From assembly GCA_003697365.1 (NCBI GenBank), contig RFGP01000037.1, positions 39,107 to 103,106 on the forward strand: DNA of 64,000 nucleotides, written 5' to 3'. Numbering within the stretch: position 1 is the stretch's first letter; every line of letters starts with the position of its first letter. The notes below the pieces were generated by a model. That model saw only the letters and a list, made by a program, of their open reading frames with translations, was not told the origin of the DNA and ran no database searches. Position numbers and translations under genes: made by a program. This DNA comes from Chloroflexota bacterium. Lineage in GTDB: Bacteria; Chloroflexota; Anaerolineae; Aggregatilineales; J027. Positions 47,739 to 56,285 of the stretch are shown here, piece after piece.

Positions 47739-47943
47739 GAGTCATAAAGTGCAAAATTATGTACGTGGAAGTCTCATTGGCTTGACAGTTGGTTTAATTG
47801 CAGCTTATTTATACAATCGCGCCTTACAAGAATCAGGGAACCCTGAAGAAAATAAGGTCAATGCAAGCGATTTAGTTAAGGTGAGCTTGGCAGTTCTCGC
47901 ACTTGTGCGACAAATCACAGAACTTGGCAGCGGCAAAAAGTAA
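47731..47943 (+). CDS. Small hypothetical membrane protein with a glycine-zipper helix
   Basis: 70 aa with RGSLIGLTVGLIAAY (GxxxGxxxG). 8-nt overlap with the upstream ORF. Confidence 0.4.
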   Translation: MNESHKVQNYVRGSLIGLTVGLIAAYLYNRALQESGNPEENKVNASDLVKVSLAVLALVRQITELGSGKK

Positions 47944-48009
47944 CGTCACAATACATCCATGATTCCTCGTTTACCGAAACCGCGCCAAAGCCCTTTAATT
48001 TAAGGGTGC

Positions 48010-48038
48010 TTGACACCTTGATGGCTTTAGGCTAGCAT
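48010..48038 (+). promoter_or_regulatory. Candidate sigma-70 promoter upstream of the glycoside-hydrolase-like gene
   Basis: TTGACA (48010-48015), 17-nt spacer, TAGCAT (48033-48038). This leaves a leader of about 110-150 nt. Confidence 0.45.
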
Positions 48039-48154
48039 CCTTGCAAGGGTTCACTATAAGTGAAGTCAGGGAATCCTAAGAGAGCATAGTGAAAAAATGG
48101 GTTGGGGCATCAACTCTGTCTAAGGTGTAAGACGGCAGCTGTGCCGCTACCGTT

Positions 48155-49357
48155 ATGGATAGCAAGAATCGCCTGCCCTTAGGTGTAGGGAGTATGTCAA
48201 AGTTTGTTTTGCAATGGGGGGGACGTGCTATAGCTTTAATCTTCCTTGTGGGGATATGGTGGTTGCCACGTCCAAGTTTCCAAGTATTGTTATCTCCGTC
48301 TCTCCAACGTCAAGTAACGCTTGATCCCCCGCAAACTGTGTTCACCAATGATCCGCGTCTATGTGTTCATACACGTTTAACTGATGAAGTTGAAGAATGG
48401 AAAATTCAGGAAACATTACGCATGGTGCGAGAAATGGGCGCACCTACTATTGTTGAATTTTTCGCATGGGCTTATATTGAGACTGCTCCTGAAGAATATA
48501 ATTGGAGCCATGCAGATCGTATTGTTAAACACGCACAAAATCAGGGGTTAACAATTATTGCCCGTCTAGGCCTTGTGCCGACATGGGTCAATGAAGACAC
48601 AACCGATCAAATCGCCACATTAAACTTGCTGCCAGAAGAACACTTTCCTACTTTTGCAAAATTCGTTGGGACATTTGTCGAACGCTATCAAGGGCAAATT
48701 GAGCATATCATCATTTGGAATGAGCCCAATCTTAATTTTGAATGGGGCAATCGTCCTCCTGATCCTATTGCTTATACCGAACTTTTAAAGCAAGCCTATC
48801 TTGCTGCAAAAGCTGCTAACCCACAAGTTGTTGTAATGAATGGCGCACTTGCACCAACATTGGCCCCAGCAGGTGGACTTGAAGGCGGTTGGAATGATCT
48901 AGACTTCCTTCGTCGTATGTATGAAGCTGGTGCTGCTGATTATTTCGATGCTCTGGCTGTGCATAATTATCCTTTCAATATGCCTCCACAATCTCCACCA
49001 GCGCCTGAAGTATTAAACTTTCGGCGCATTGAACTTTGGCGAGAAATTATGCGTGAATATGGTGATGAGGATAAATTCATCTACATTACGGAAACGGGAT
49101 GGAACGATCATCCTCGCTTCCAGTATAGCGTCACACCTCATCAGCGTATAGCTTACACGCTAGCAGCGCTTGAAATGCTGCCCGCTAACTATCCGTACGT
49201 GAAGACGTTGTGTATTTGGCAGTTCCGACTGCCTGCCCCCACAAACAGCTATCCAGATTATTTTACGCTCGTCAATGTTGATTTTGAACCTAAACCAATC
49301 TATAAAGCGCTCCAAGACTATGCACAAGCTGAACAACTTTCAACTTCTGGCCACTAA
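48155..49357 (+). CDS. Membrane-anchored clan GH-A (TIM-barrel, GH5/GH39-like) glycoside hydrolase
   Basis: N-terminal TM helix. Acid/base motif IIWNEPN and nucleophile motif ITETGW. An alternative start is at 48194. Confidence 0.6.
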   Translation: MDSKNRLPLGVGSMSKFVLQWGGRAIALIFLVGIWWLPRPSFQVLLSPSLQRQVTLDPPQTVFTNDPRLCVHTRLTDEVEEWKIQETLRMVREMGAPTIVEFFAWAYIETAPEEYNWSHADRIVKHAQNQGLTIIARLGLVPTWVNEDTTDQIATLNLLPEEHFPTFAKFVGTFVERYQGQIEHIIIWNEPNLNFEWGNRPPDPIAYTELLKQAYLAAKAANPQVVVMNGALAPTLAPAGGLEGGWNDLDFLRRMYEAGAADYFDALAVHNYPFNMPPQSPPAPEVLNFRRIELWREIMREYGDEDKFIYITETGWNDHPRFQYSVTPHQRIAYTLAALEMLPANYPYVKTLCIWQFRLPAPTNSYPDYFTLVNVDFEPKPIYKALQDYAQAEQLSTSGH

Positions 49358-50138
49358 ACGCGCCCTCATTATTTTCATGGGGTGCGTAACGCTGTTTGTT
49401 GTGTTCAATATGATTTGGATGCTTCACGGTGAAAGTGCTGTAGAAACTGATGAAACGTGGCAACGCATACAACAACAAAATTTTGTAATTGTTGGCGTTG
49501 ATGTCAACCTTGCACCTTATGGTATTTATGATCCATCTGGCCCAAGAGGCATTGATCCAGACATTGCTCGTGCTATTGGCAAACTATGGGATGTAGAAGT
49601 ACATTTCTCATTAGTGAACTATGATGGTATGTATGATAGCTTATTGGTGGGCGATGTTGATATTTTGATCGCAGGTGTGCGCCCAGAACCACGTAGAGCT
49701 GCCGCATCACGTTATACCGAAGCCTATTTTGATAGTGGCTATGTTTTGGTAAGCACAACAGGCTCGCAACCAACGCTAGAAGAAATTCAAGGAAAGATAT
49801 TAGGTGTTGTTTTTGCCACCGATGGTGACATCTGGGCGCAAAGTTACTTAGAAGAACACCCTAACGCTTTTACCTTACAACAATATGACGATACTGAGCA
49901 ATTGCTCAGTGCTCTCAATGAAGAGAATATCGTTTATGCATTACTTGACAAAGTTAGTGCTCATCAAGCTCATCAGCAATACCCACATTTGAGCATTGCT
50001 GATGAACCATTACTGAGTAACCCGCTTGTGATGGTAGTGCGCCGCAGTGATTGGAAATTATACGCCGAGCTTCAACGTGCTATTAAAATCTTAAAAGCCA
50101 ACGGCACAATTGATGAGATCATCCAACGTTGGCTCTAA
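49320..50138 (+). CDS. Membrane-anchored family-3 solute-binding-protein-like domain protein
   Basis: Signal-anchor sequence, then an SBP_bac_3-like sequence (FVIVGVDVNLAPYG ... GTIDEIIQRWL). Start uncertain: 49275, 49320 or 49377. Confidence 0.55.
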   Translation: MHKLNNFQLLATKRALIIFMGCVTLFVVFNMIWMLHGESAVETDETWQRIQQQNFVIVGVDVNLAPYGIYDPSGPRGIDPDIARAIGKLWDVEVHFSLVNYDGMYDSLLVGDVDILIAGVRPEPRRAAASRYTEAYFDSGYVLVSTTGSQPTLEEIQGKILGVVFATDGDIWAQSYLEEHPNAFTLQQYDDTEQLLSALNEENIVYALLDKVSAHQAHQQYPHLSIADEPLLSNPLVMVVRRSDWKLYAELQRAIKILKANGTIDEIIQRWL

Positions 50139-51145
50139 TATTCGCGCTTGCCCATCGCTTCAAGCAAAAGTGCGGAAAGAGAGGGATCATCAATTACCTC
50201 ATTGGCTGGCCGCCAAGACCAACCTTCAGGCAACTCCGTAATCGGAGTCACAGGCTGTAAAATATAGATGTGCTCTCGTACAATTTCAGAAGTATTTTCT
50301 TGTATACGCACTAACTGCGGTGCTTCAAAGCCAATATCTACGCGACGCTTATCTGCATGTTCACGAGTAGGCAAAAAAGTCGTATTGGGGAATGCCATTT
50401 GAAGATAATCCAATAATGTTTCAAAAGGCATTTGCGTTGAAATCACCGATACTTGTGGCAAGGCATTTTCATAAAGCAACACATTGCCATCTTGAAAGAC
50501 AATAGCAGTTACAATATAGTGCAAACGTTCAGATTGCCATCCTGTAGAAGCCACAGCACGTGGTGGATTATCAAGATGTTTTCGGACAATGGCGAGAACC
50601 TCTGCAACGCTTTCTTCAAGCGCATCATCGCGGTTTTCAATAATATAGTCATAATATTGCTGGAAGCGTAGTTCAAATTCAGCCCTGCGTAAGCGCGTTT
50701 CTAGCTCTTGTTCGGTTTTCACATCTGGGCGTTTTCTTAAGCGGCGTTCTAGTGTTTTTTGATCTGGTGGGCGGACAAAAATTAAAATAACATGCTCACC
50801 GAATTCTTGTTTTAAGGCCATTGCCCCTAACACGTCTACATCAGCCACAGCAGCTTGTCCAGATTCTAGAAGCTGTTGAACAGTACGACGTGGTACACCA
50901 TAAACGCCTTTATCATGAATGATTTGCCATTCAATCAGTTCTTTAGCAACAATACGTCGACGAAATTCGGCCTCATCAACGAACTCATGCTCTCGTCCTT
51001 CTTGCTCGTCATCTCGCATTGGACGTGTGGTCATTGTGGGCAACTGCCGTAGACGAGGCTCAGCGGCAATAACTTCACGCATGATCGTATTCTTCCCTGC
51101 ACCCGAAGGGCCAGAGAAAATGAACAATACACCCTGATTTTGCAT
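50135..51145 (-). CDS. gmk: Guanylate kinase fused to a roughly 145-aa C-terminal Nudix-fold-like domain lacking the Nudix box
   Basis: The N-terminal ~190 aa have GPSGAGKNT, TTRPMR..E..G.EHEF and YGVP. The C-terminus (YIVTAIVFQDGNVLLYENA ... LPEGWSWRPANEV) has no GX5EX7REUXEEXGU box. Confidence 0.8.
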   Translation of the reverse strand: MQNQGVLFIFSGPSGAGKNTIMREVIAAEPRLRQLPTMTTRPMRDDEQEGREHEFVDEAEFRRRIVAKELIEWQIIHDKGVYGVPRRTVQQLLESGQAAVADVDVLGAMALKQEFGEHVILIFVRPPDQKTLERRLRKRPDVKTEQELETRLRRAEFELRFQQYYDYIIENRDDALEESVAEVLAIVRKHLDNPPRAVASTGWQSERLHYIVTAIVFQDGNVLLYENALPQVSVISTQMPFETLLDYLQMAFPNTTFLPTREHADKRRVDIGFEAPQLVRIQENTSEIVREHIYILQPVTPITELPEGWSWRPANEVIDDPSLSALLLEAMGKREY

Positions 51146-51250
51146 TATTGATTCCAGACTGTTGTTAAGAACGGCTTACTCTATATTGTACCAAAATCAG
51201 AACACAAAAAAGCTAAAATATCCGTGAAAAAGTTACAAACTCACTTATTT

Positions 51251-51889
51251 TTACTCATTTAATTTTTGAGCAAATTTATCTCGCCAACTTGTTGAGAGTG
51301 GTATAAGTTCGACAGCCTGCTGCAATAAATCAGGTTCTGCCTCATCAAAACGCAAGCGATAAAGAAAAGTGATGCTCATCTTGGGGTTTGGGCCACGTTC
51401 AAGGCGTTCAATCCGATCTCCAGCAGCAACATCACCTACTTCAAGGACTCGGCAGTAAAAGCCAGAACGGCGCGCTTGCAAAAAACGCTTAACAAAACTA
51501 GGGTCTCCCATTTTTATCCCCAGCTTAAAACAAGGAATGCGAGGCTGACTAACCTGTAAAAAAGCCGTTCCTACGCGAAACACATCTCCGATCCAAACAT
51601 TATCCTCAATTAACCCATGAATTGTTAAATTCTCACCAAATTGCCCATATTGAAAATCTGAACGCCCTAAGACTTTTTCCCAATAAGCATAATGTTCATA
51701 TGGATAAACATAAACTGCCTTATCTGGGCCACCATGTACACTGAGATCAGCTTGTTGATCGCCCTCTAGATGCTCTGTATGAACGGCAACACGTCTATTC
51801 ACTGGTTGCTTGAAGATACTCGTGGTAACAAATTCACCTTGATATTCAACAGTTTGAGGTACGCTAACATTCACCGAAACTATTTTCAT
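51251..51889 (-). CDS. MOSC domain protein (YiiM-like)
   Basis: ATG at 51889 lies 9 nt after GAAGGA. Motifs HGGPDKAVY, GENLT and LQVSQPRIPC. Confidence 0.8.
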   Translation of the reverse strand: MKIVSVNVSVPQTVEYQGEFVTTSIFKQPVNRRVAVHTEHLEGDQQADLSVHGGPDKAVYVYPYEHYAYWEKVLGRSDFQYGQFGENLTIHGLIEDNVWIGDVFRVGTAFLQVSQPRIPCFKLGIKMGDPSFVKRFLQARRSGFYCRVLEVGDVAAGDRIERLERGPNPKMSITFLYRLRFDEAEPDLLQQAVELIPLSTSWRDKFAQKLNE

Positions 51890-51961
51890 CGTTTTTATTC
51901 CTTCAAATTCTAAAGTAGGCAAACAGGCTTAGCGCCTATTTGCCACTTAAAGGCTAATCGC

Positions 51962-53758
51962 CTAGTTTTTGTCTTCAACAGGAACAATGTTAATATGCAA
52001 CTCTCGTAATTGTTCTGGGAAAACTTCCGACGGAGCTCCTGCCATTAAATCTGCGGCTTGTTGTGACTTGGGGAAAGCTATCACTTCGCGGATATTAGGT
52101 TCGCCAGCCAAAAGCATCACAAGACGATCGATGCCAGCAGCGATACCGCCATGTGGTGGCGTTCCATATTCAAATGCTTCAAGCATGTGGCCAAATTTTT
52201 GGCGCGCATCTTCGACATCTAAGCCGATAAGCTCAAATATCTTCTCTTGCACTTCACGTTGATGGATACGAATACTTCCACCGGCAACTTCAAATCCATT
52301 ACAAGCAAGATCGTATTGCAAACCGCGCGCAGCAGCAGGATCGGTATCCAACAGAGGAATATCTTCAGGATACGGTGATGTGAAAAGATGATGCGATGGA
52401 TCCCAGCGATTTTCGTCGGCATTCCACTCAAACAACGGGAAGTCAATAATCCAAACAAAGGCCACAGTTTTATCATCATAGAGGTTTAATTTCGTTGCTA
52501 AATGTCGACGCAATGTATCAATAACCTCATAGGTGATCTGGCGCTCATCAGACACAAAAAGCAGGAGATCAGATGGTTGTACGTTGAGACGTTCAAAAAG
52601 CTCGACTTGTAATTCAGGTGAGAAAAATTTACCAATGGGGCCCCGAACTTCTCCGCCTTCTTCAGTAGGAATAGCCATATAAGCTAAACCTTTTGCACCA
52701 GTTGATTTTGCTAATCCCTCAAGCTCTTGGTGAATTTTTTTAAGTTGACTAGAACTTTCTGCACCAAGATTAGGCACCCGCATCGCTTTCACGGGCTTAC
52801 CCGCTTCTACATTGGCAGTGAAGATAGAAAAACCACTGCGTCCTGCAATATCGCTCACATCTACCGCATGTAGGTCATAGCGCAAATCAGGCTTATCAGA
52901 GCCGTATAATTCCATCGCTTCTTGATAAGATAGCCGCTTGAAGGGGCGTGTCACCAGTTCTAAATCGGTTAACTCATCTACAATAGAGGTAAACATACCT
53001 TCTACTAAATCAAGGATGTCTTCCCGCTCAACAAAGCTCATCTCCATGTCAAGTTGTGTGAATTCCGGTTGGCGATCTCCGCGTTGGTCTTCGTCACGAA
53101 AGCAGCGCGCAATTTGAAAATAGCGTTCAAATCCCGCTACCATGAGTAGTTGTTTCAGTTGCTGAGGACTTTGTGGCAAAGCATAAAACTTACCCGGATG
53201 CACACGACTAGGCACTAAATAATCGCGCGCGCCTTCAGGAGTGGTTTTGAATAAGATCGGTGTTTCAATTTCGATAAAGCGCCGTTCAGACAAGTAATTA
53301 CGAATATGCCGCACAATCTCATGTCGCAAGATGATATTACGCTGCATCCGTTCGCGCCGTAAATCAAGATAGCGATACCGTAGTCGCAGGCTCTCATCTA
53401 GACTCTCTTCTTTATTGATATAAAATGGCGGGGTTTTTGCACGATTCAAGATACTAAGCCCCAACACTTCTACTTCTACATCCCCAGTTGGTAGGTTAGG
53501 ATTAATCATGCCTTCTGGGCGCAAACGAACACGTCCCTTTACTTGAATCACCCACTCATTACGAATATCTTTTGCAGCGGCATGAATTTCAGGATGTGTT
53601 TCTTCATTAATGACTAATTGAGTAATTCCCATCCGATCGCGTAGATCAATAAAAATAAGTCCACCTTGATCACGACGACGATGCACCCATCCAGCAAGCA
53701 CTACTTCTTGCGTTGCGTGTTCAGCGCGGAGTTCTCCGCAAGCGTGCGTTTTTAGCAT
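51962..53758 (-). CDS. aspS: Aspartate--tRNA ligase, bacterial type
   Basis: 598 aa with an OB anticodon-binding N-terminus, class II motifs ([32 protein letters not shown]) and the bacterial insertion domain. Confidence 0.95.
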   Translation of the reverse strand: MLKTHACGELRAEHATQEVVLAGWVHRRRDQGGLIFIDLRDRMGITQLVINEETHPEIHAAAKDIRNEWVIQVKGRVRLRPEGMINPNLPTGDVEVEVLGLSILNRAKTPPFYINKEESLDESLRLRYRYLDLRRERMQRNIILRHEIVRHIRNYLSERRFIEIETPILFKTTPEGARDYLVPSRVHPGKFYALPQSPQQLKQLLMVAGFERYFQIARCFRDEDQRGDRQPEFTQLDMEMSFVEREDILDLVEGMFTSIVDELTDLELVTRPFKRLSYQEAMELYGSDKPDLRYDLHAVDVSDIAGRSGFSIFTANVEAGKPVKAMRVPNLGAESSSQLKKIHQELEGLAKSTGAKGLAYMAIPTEEGGEVRGPIGKFFSPELQVELFERLNVQPSDLLLFVSDERQITYEVIDTLRRHLATKLNLYDDKTVAFVWIIDFPLFEWNADENRWDPSHHLFTSPYPEDIPLLDTDPAAARGLQYDLACNGFEVAGGSIRIHQREVQEKIFELIGLDVEDARQKFGHMLEAFEYGTPPHGGIAAGIDRLVMLLAGEPNIREVIAFPKSQQAADLMAGAPSEVFPEQLRELHINIVPVEDKN

Positions 53759-53807
53759 ACCCTTATTACTCCAATTTGTTTAGCATATGTGTTTGATAAT
53801 TAACCTG

Positions 53808-53836
53808 ATTATTCCGAAAGAGAGGCTTATAGGCAA
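53808..53836 (-). promoter_or_regulatory. Candidate aspS promoter
   Basis: Minus strand: TTGCCT (53836-53831), 17-nt spacer, AATAAT (53813-53808). Confidence 0.3.
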
Positions 53837-53905
53837 CGGCAAAACATCAGCTGTTTTGCGTTTTGGCTAGTCTTTGAAGAAATAATTGCGCTATCTGAGA
53901 TCAAT

Positions 53906-53937
53906 AAAGCGGTACCGAAACAACTCGATACCGCTTT
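53906..53937 (-). terminator. Rho-independent terminator after the BMP-family gene
   Basis: AAAGCGGTA (53906-53914) pairs with TACCGCTTT (53929-53937). On the minus strand the stem is followed by ATTGATC after a TTT run. Confidence 0.55.
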
Positions 53938-53962
53938 ACGATTAACTATTTTTCAAAAATTC

Positions 53963-55957
53963 TTAGCCGCCAACACCCGTGCTAAGTGCACCAGAGCTTA
54001 GATCAACAGCAATCTGATCAAGCATATCTTTCAATTCTTGAGAGATAACGCTATCAAAATCATGGAATGGCGCAAGACCGACCTTACCAACATAATTGCC
54101 ATCTTCGATGGTGCCATTGGCATAAGCGATAACCAACTCAGCAATACCACCATCAATAATCTTGATGGCGCTGGTTACTAAGCAGGGATGCGCTTCAGGA
54201 ACGGTAAACCACTGATCGGTGTCAACACCAATGCAGTAAGGAGGATTGCCATTGCTGGCAGCGGCTGCTACTTCGATCAATCCACCATTACCCGTTTGAC
54301 CACCAGCAGAGAAGATAACGTCTGCACCTTGATCTAGCGCTTGGCGAGCTGTCGCAGCGCCCCATTGCGGGTCTGTAAAGGCAACATCAAGACCACCGGG
54401 ATGATAGGTGCTCAAAATCTCAATATCAGGATTGACGTACAATGCACCAGCACGATAACCTTCGTTGAAAGCAACCACTGGTGGCACTTGGTCAGTCCCT
54501 AAGACGGCAGCAATCTTACCACGTTCGGATAAGCTCGCCGCGAGAACACCAGCCAAGAAACCGGCTTGATCTTCAGGGAAGATTAGACCTGTTACACCGG
54601 GTACAGGGGCCACTTGGAATTGGTCAACACCGATGAAACGCACATCAGGATAGGCAGCTGCAGCTTCTACAGTCGCTTCACCCAATGCAAACCCAACCGT
54701 GACAATAATGTCATAACCATCTTCGGCAAATTCAGCGATGTTATCAGCGTAATCAGTTGAGCTTTGGGTTTCGATGAAATCCACCTCTGCACCACAGCGC
54801 TCAACAGCCAAAAGTCCATTCCATGCACTTTCGTTGAAGCTACCATCGTCTACACGGCCAACATCGGTCACGAGACCTACGCGAATACCACTGAGATCAA
54901 GGTTATAGCAGGTCAAGACGGCATTAGTACGCAAGCCATTGCGAGCACGCTCCACTAGGGTGACAACTTCAGCAGGAACTTTGCCTTCAAAATCGTGGAA
55001 AGGTGCTAAACCTACTTCACCGAAGTAGTTACCGCTATGTGTCACACCATCTAGATAGTCACGAATCAAGTTGAAGATACCATCATCAATGATCTTGGTC
55101 GCGCTGGAAACTAAGCACGGGCGTGCTTCAGGAACGGTGAACCATTGATCTGTATCAACACCAATGCAGTAAGGGGGATTGCCATTGCTGGCGGCGGCGG
55201 CCACTTCGATTAATCCACCATTACCTGTTTGGCCACCGGCTGAAAAGACGACATCTGCACCTTGATCTAAGGCTTGACGAGCTGTAGAAGCCCCCCATTG
55301 AGGATCAGTAAAAGCAACATCAAGACCACCGGGATGATAGGTGCTAATGATGTTTACTTCTTTGCCCAAAACTCCAGCTGCCCAATCAGCGCCAGAACGA
55401 TAACCTTCATTGAATGCAACCACAGGTGGCACTTGGTCAGTCCCTAACACAGCAGCAATTGTGCCGCTTTCAGTTAAACCTGCCGCCAATACACCAGCCA
55501 AGAAACCAGCTTTATCTTCTTCAAATACGAGGCCAACAACATTATCGACAGGCTCAACTTGGAATTGATCAACACCAATGAAATAAACATCAGGATAGGC
55601 TGCTGCTGCTTCAATAGTTGCTTCACCTAATGCAAACCCAACCGTGACAATAATGTCATAACCGTCTTCGGCAAACTCGGCAATGTTGCTTGCATAGTCA
55701 GTTGAATTCTCGGTTTCAATGAAATCTACTTCAGCGCCGAATTCTTCTTCTGCACGCAAAACACCTTCCCAAGCGCTTTGATTGAAGCTACCGTCATCAA
55801 TACGCCCTACGTCGGTTACAAGTGCAACTCGTAGATTACTTTGACGCGCTTCATTATGAGCAACTTGAGGAGTATTAGCAGCAAAGGAAGGTGCTGCACC
55901 ACCGACAATCAATGTCAGCAAGGTTATAAAAACTAGCAAACGATTTGTTCGTTTCAT
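53963..55957 (-). CDS. Secreted tandem-duplicated BMP-family (PnrA/Med/TmpC-like) substrate-binding protein
   Basis: 664 aa. Signal peptide, then two complete BMP-type domains, each starting (L/I)RV.LVTDVGR.DDGSFN. Confidence 0.85.
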   Translation of the reverse strand: MKRTNRLLVFITLLTLIVGGAAPSFAANTPQVAHNEARQSNLRVALVTDVGRIDDGSFNQSAWEGVLRAEEEFGAEVDFIETENSTDYASNIAEFAEDGYDIIVTVGFALGEATIEAAAAYPDVYFIGVDQFQVEPVDNVVGLVFEEDKAGFLAGVLAAGLTESGTIAAVLGTDQVPPVVAFNEGYRSGADWAAGVLGKEVNIISTYHPGGLDVAFTDPQWGASTARQALDQGADVVFSAGGQTGNGGLIEVAAAASNGNPPYCIGVDTDQWFTVPEARPCLVSSATKIIDDGIFNLIRDYLDGVTHSGNYFGEVGLAPFHDFEGKVPAEVVTLVERARNGLRTNAVLTCYNLDLSGIRVGLVTDVGRVDDGSFNESAWNGLLAVERCGAEVDFIETQSSTDYADNIAEFAEDGYDIIVTVGFALGEATVEAAAAYPDVRFIGVDQFQVAPVPGVTGLIFPEDQAGFLAGVLAASLSERGKIAAVLGTDQVPPVVAFNEGYRAGALYVNPDIEILSTYHPGGLDVAFTDPQWGAATARQALDQGADVIFSAGGQTGNGGLIEVAAAASNGNPPYCIGVDTDQWFTVPEAHPCLVTSAIKIIDGGIAELVIAYANGTIEDGNYVGKVGLAPFHDFDSVISQELKDMLDQIAVDLSSGALSTGVGG
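53966..54886 (-). repeat. Intragenic duplication unit B (second BMP domain, aa 358-664)
   Basis: Roughly 80 percent amino-acid identity by eye to unit A. There are long stretches of near-identical DNA, for example around 54240 versus 55170. Confidence 0.85.
54887..55834 (-). repeat. Intragenic duplication unit A (first BMP domain, aa 42-357)
   Basis: Period of 316 aa (948 nt) between LRVALVTDVG and IRVGLVTDVG. Confidence 0.85.
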
Positions 55958-55998
55958 GTTATCTTTTTTGCTCCTCTAATAAACTTTATGAGTTTATG

Positions 55999-56039
55999 AA
56001 AATGTAGAAAGTTGTAGAACGTAATAACAACCTACTACA
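55999..56039 (-). promoter_or_regulatory. Leader hairpin plus U-run in the 5' UTR of the BMP gene (possible attenuator)
   Basis: Minus strand: TGTAGTAGGTTG ... CAACTTTCTACA (12 positions, 1 mismatch, 1 G-U pair), followed by TTTT, then the GAGGAG SD. Confidence 0.3.
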
Positions 56040-56061
56040 TAATATTCTTTTACCGCAAATG

Positions 56062-56090
56062 ATTATAACGATTAGATATGCGACTAGCAA
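56062..56090 (-). promoter_or_regulatory. Candidate sigma-70 promoter for the BMP gene
   Basis: Minus strand: TTGCTA (56090-56085), 17-nt spacer, TATAAT (56067-56062). Confidence 0.5.
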
Positions 56091-56127
56091 GCGATGCTTA
56101 AAATTATTTAATGCAACATTATCTGTA

Positions 56128-56247
56128 ATTGTCCTAATCAACTTGTTCAGATTGTCCTATAGGTAACTGTATAACATCCTCTATAATGTACCAAAAGCTC
56201 GAACACATAACACACTATAAAGGGTAAGGATATAAAAAATTGTCCTA
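56128..56247 (+). repeat. Three direct copies of the 9-mer ATTGTCCTA upstream of pdxS (candidate operator sites)
   Basis: Exact copies at 56128-56136, 56151-56159 and 56239-56247. A TATAAT lies at 56182-56187 between copies 2 and 3. Confidence 0.5.
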
Positions 56248-56285
56248 CCTTATCTCAAAGTTTTTCAATAGGAGTCAAAAATATT

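Noticed and set aside
48040-48154. Riboswitch upstream of the glycoside-hydrolase-like gene.
   Set aside because: I could find no conserved core of any riboswitch class that I can recognise (no B12 box, purine, c-di-GMP, ZTP or similar motifs). It is kept only as an unassigned leader.
53759-53905. Possible T-box leader upstream of aspS.
   Set aside because: Only about 140 nt are available, and no specifier-loop/T-box consensus elements were seen. The region contains only a simple promoter and a 7-bp hairpin.
53963-55957. Large direct repeat that could be mistaken for a repeat array or mobile element.
   Set aside because: Both copies are in-frame halves of one ORF encoding two BMP domains, so this is an intragenic duplication, not a CRISPR array or IS element.
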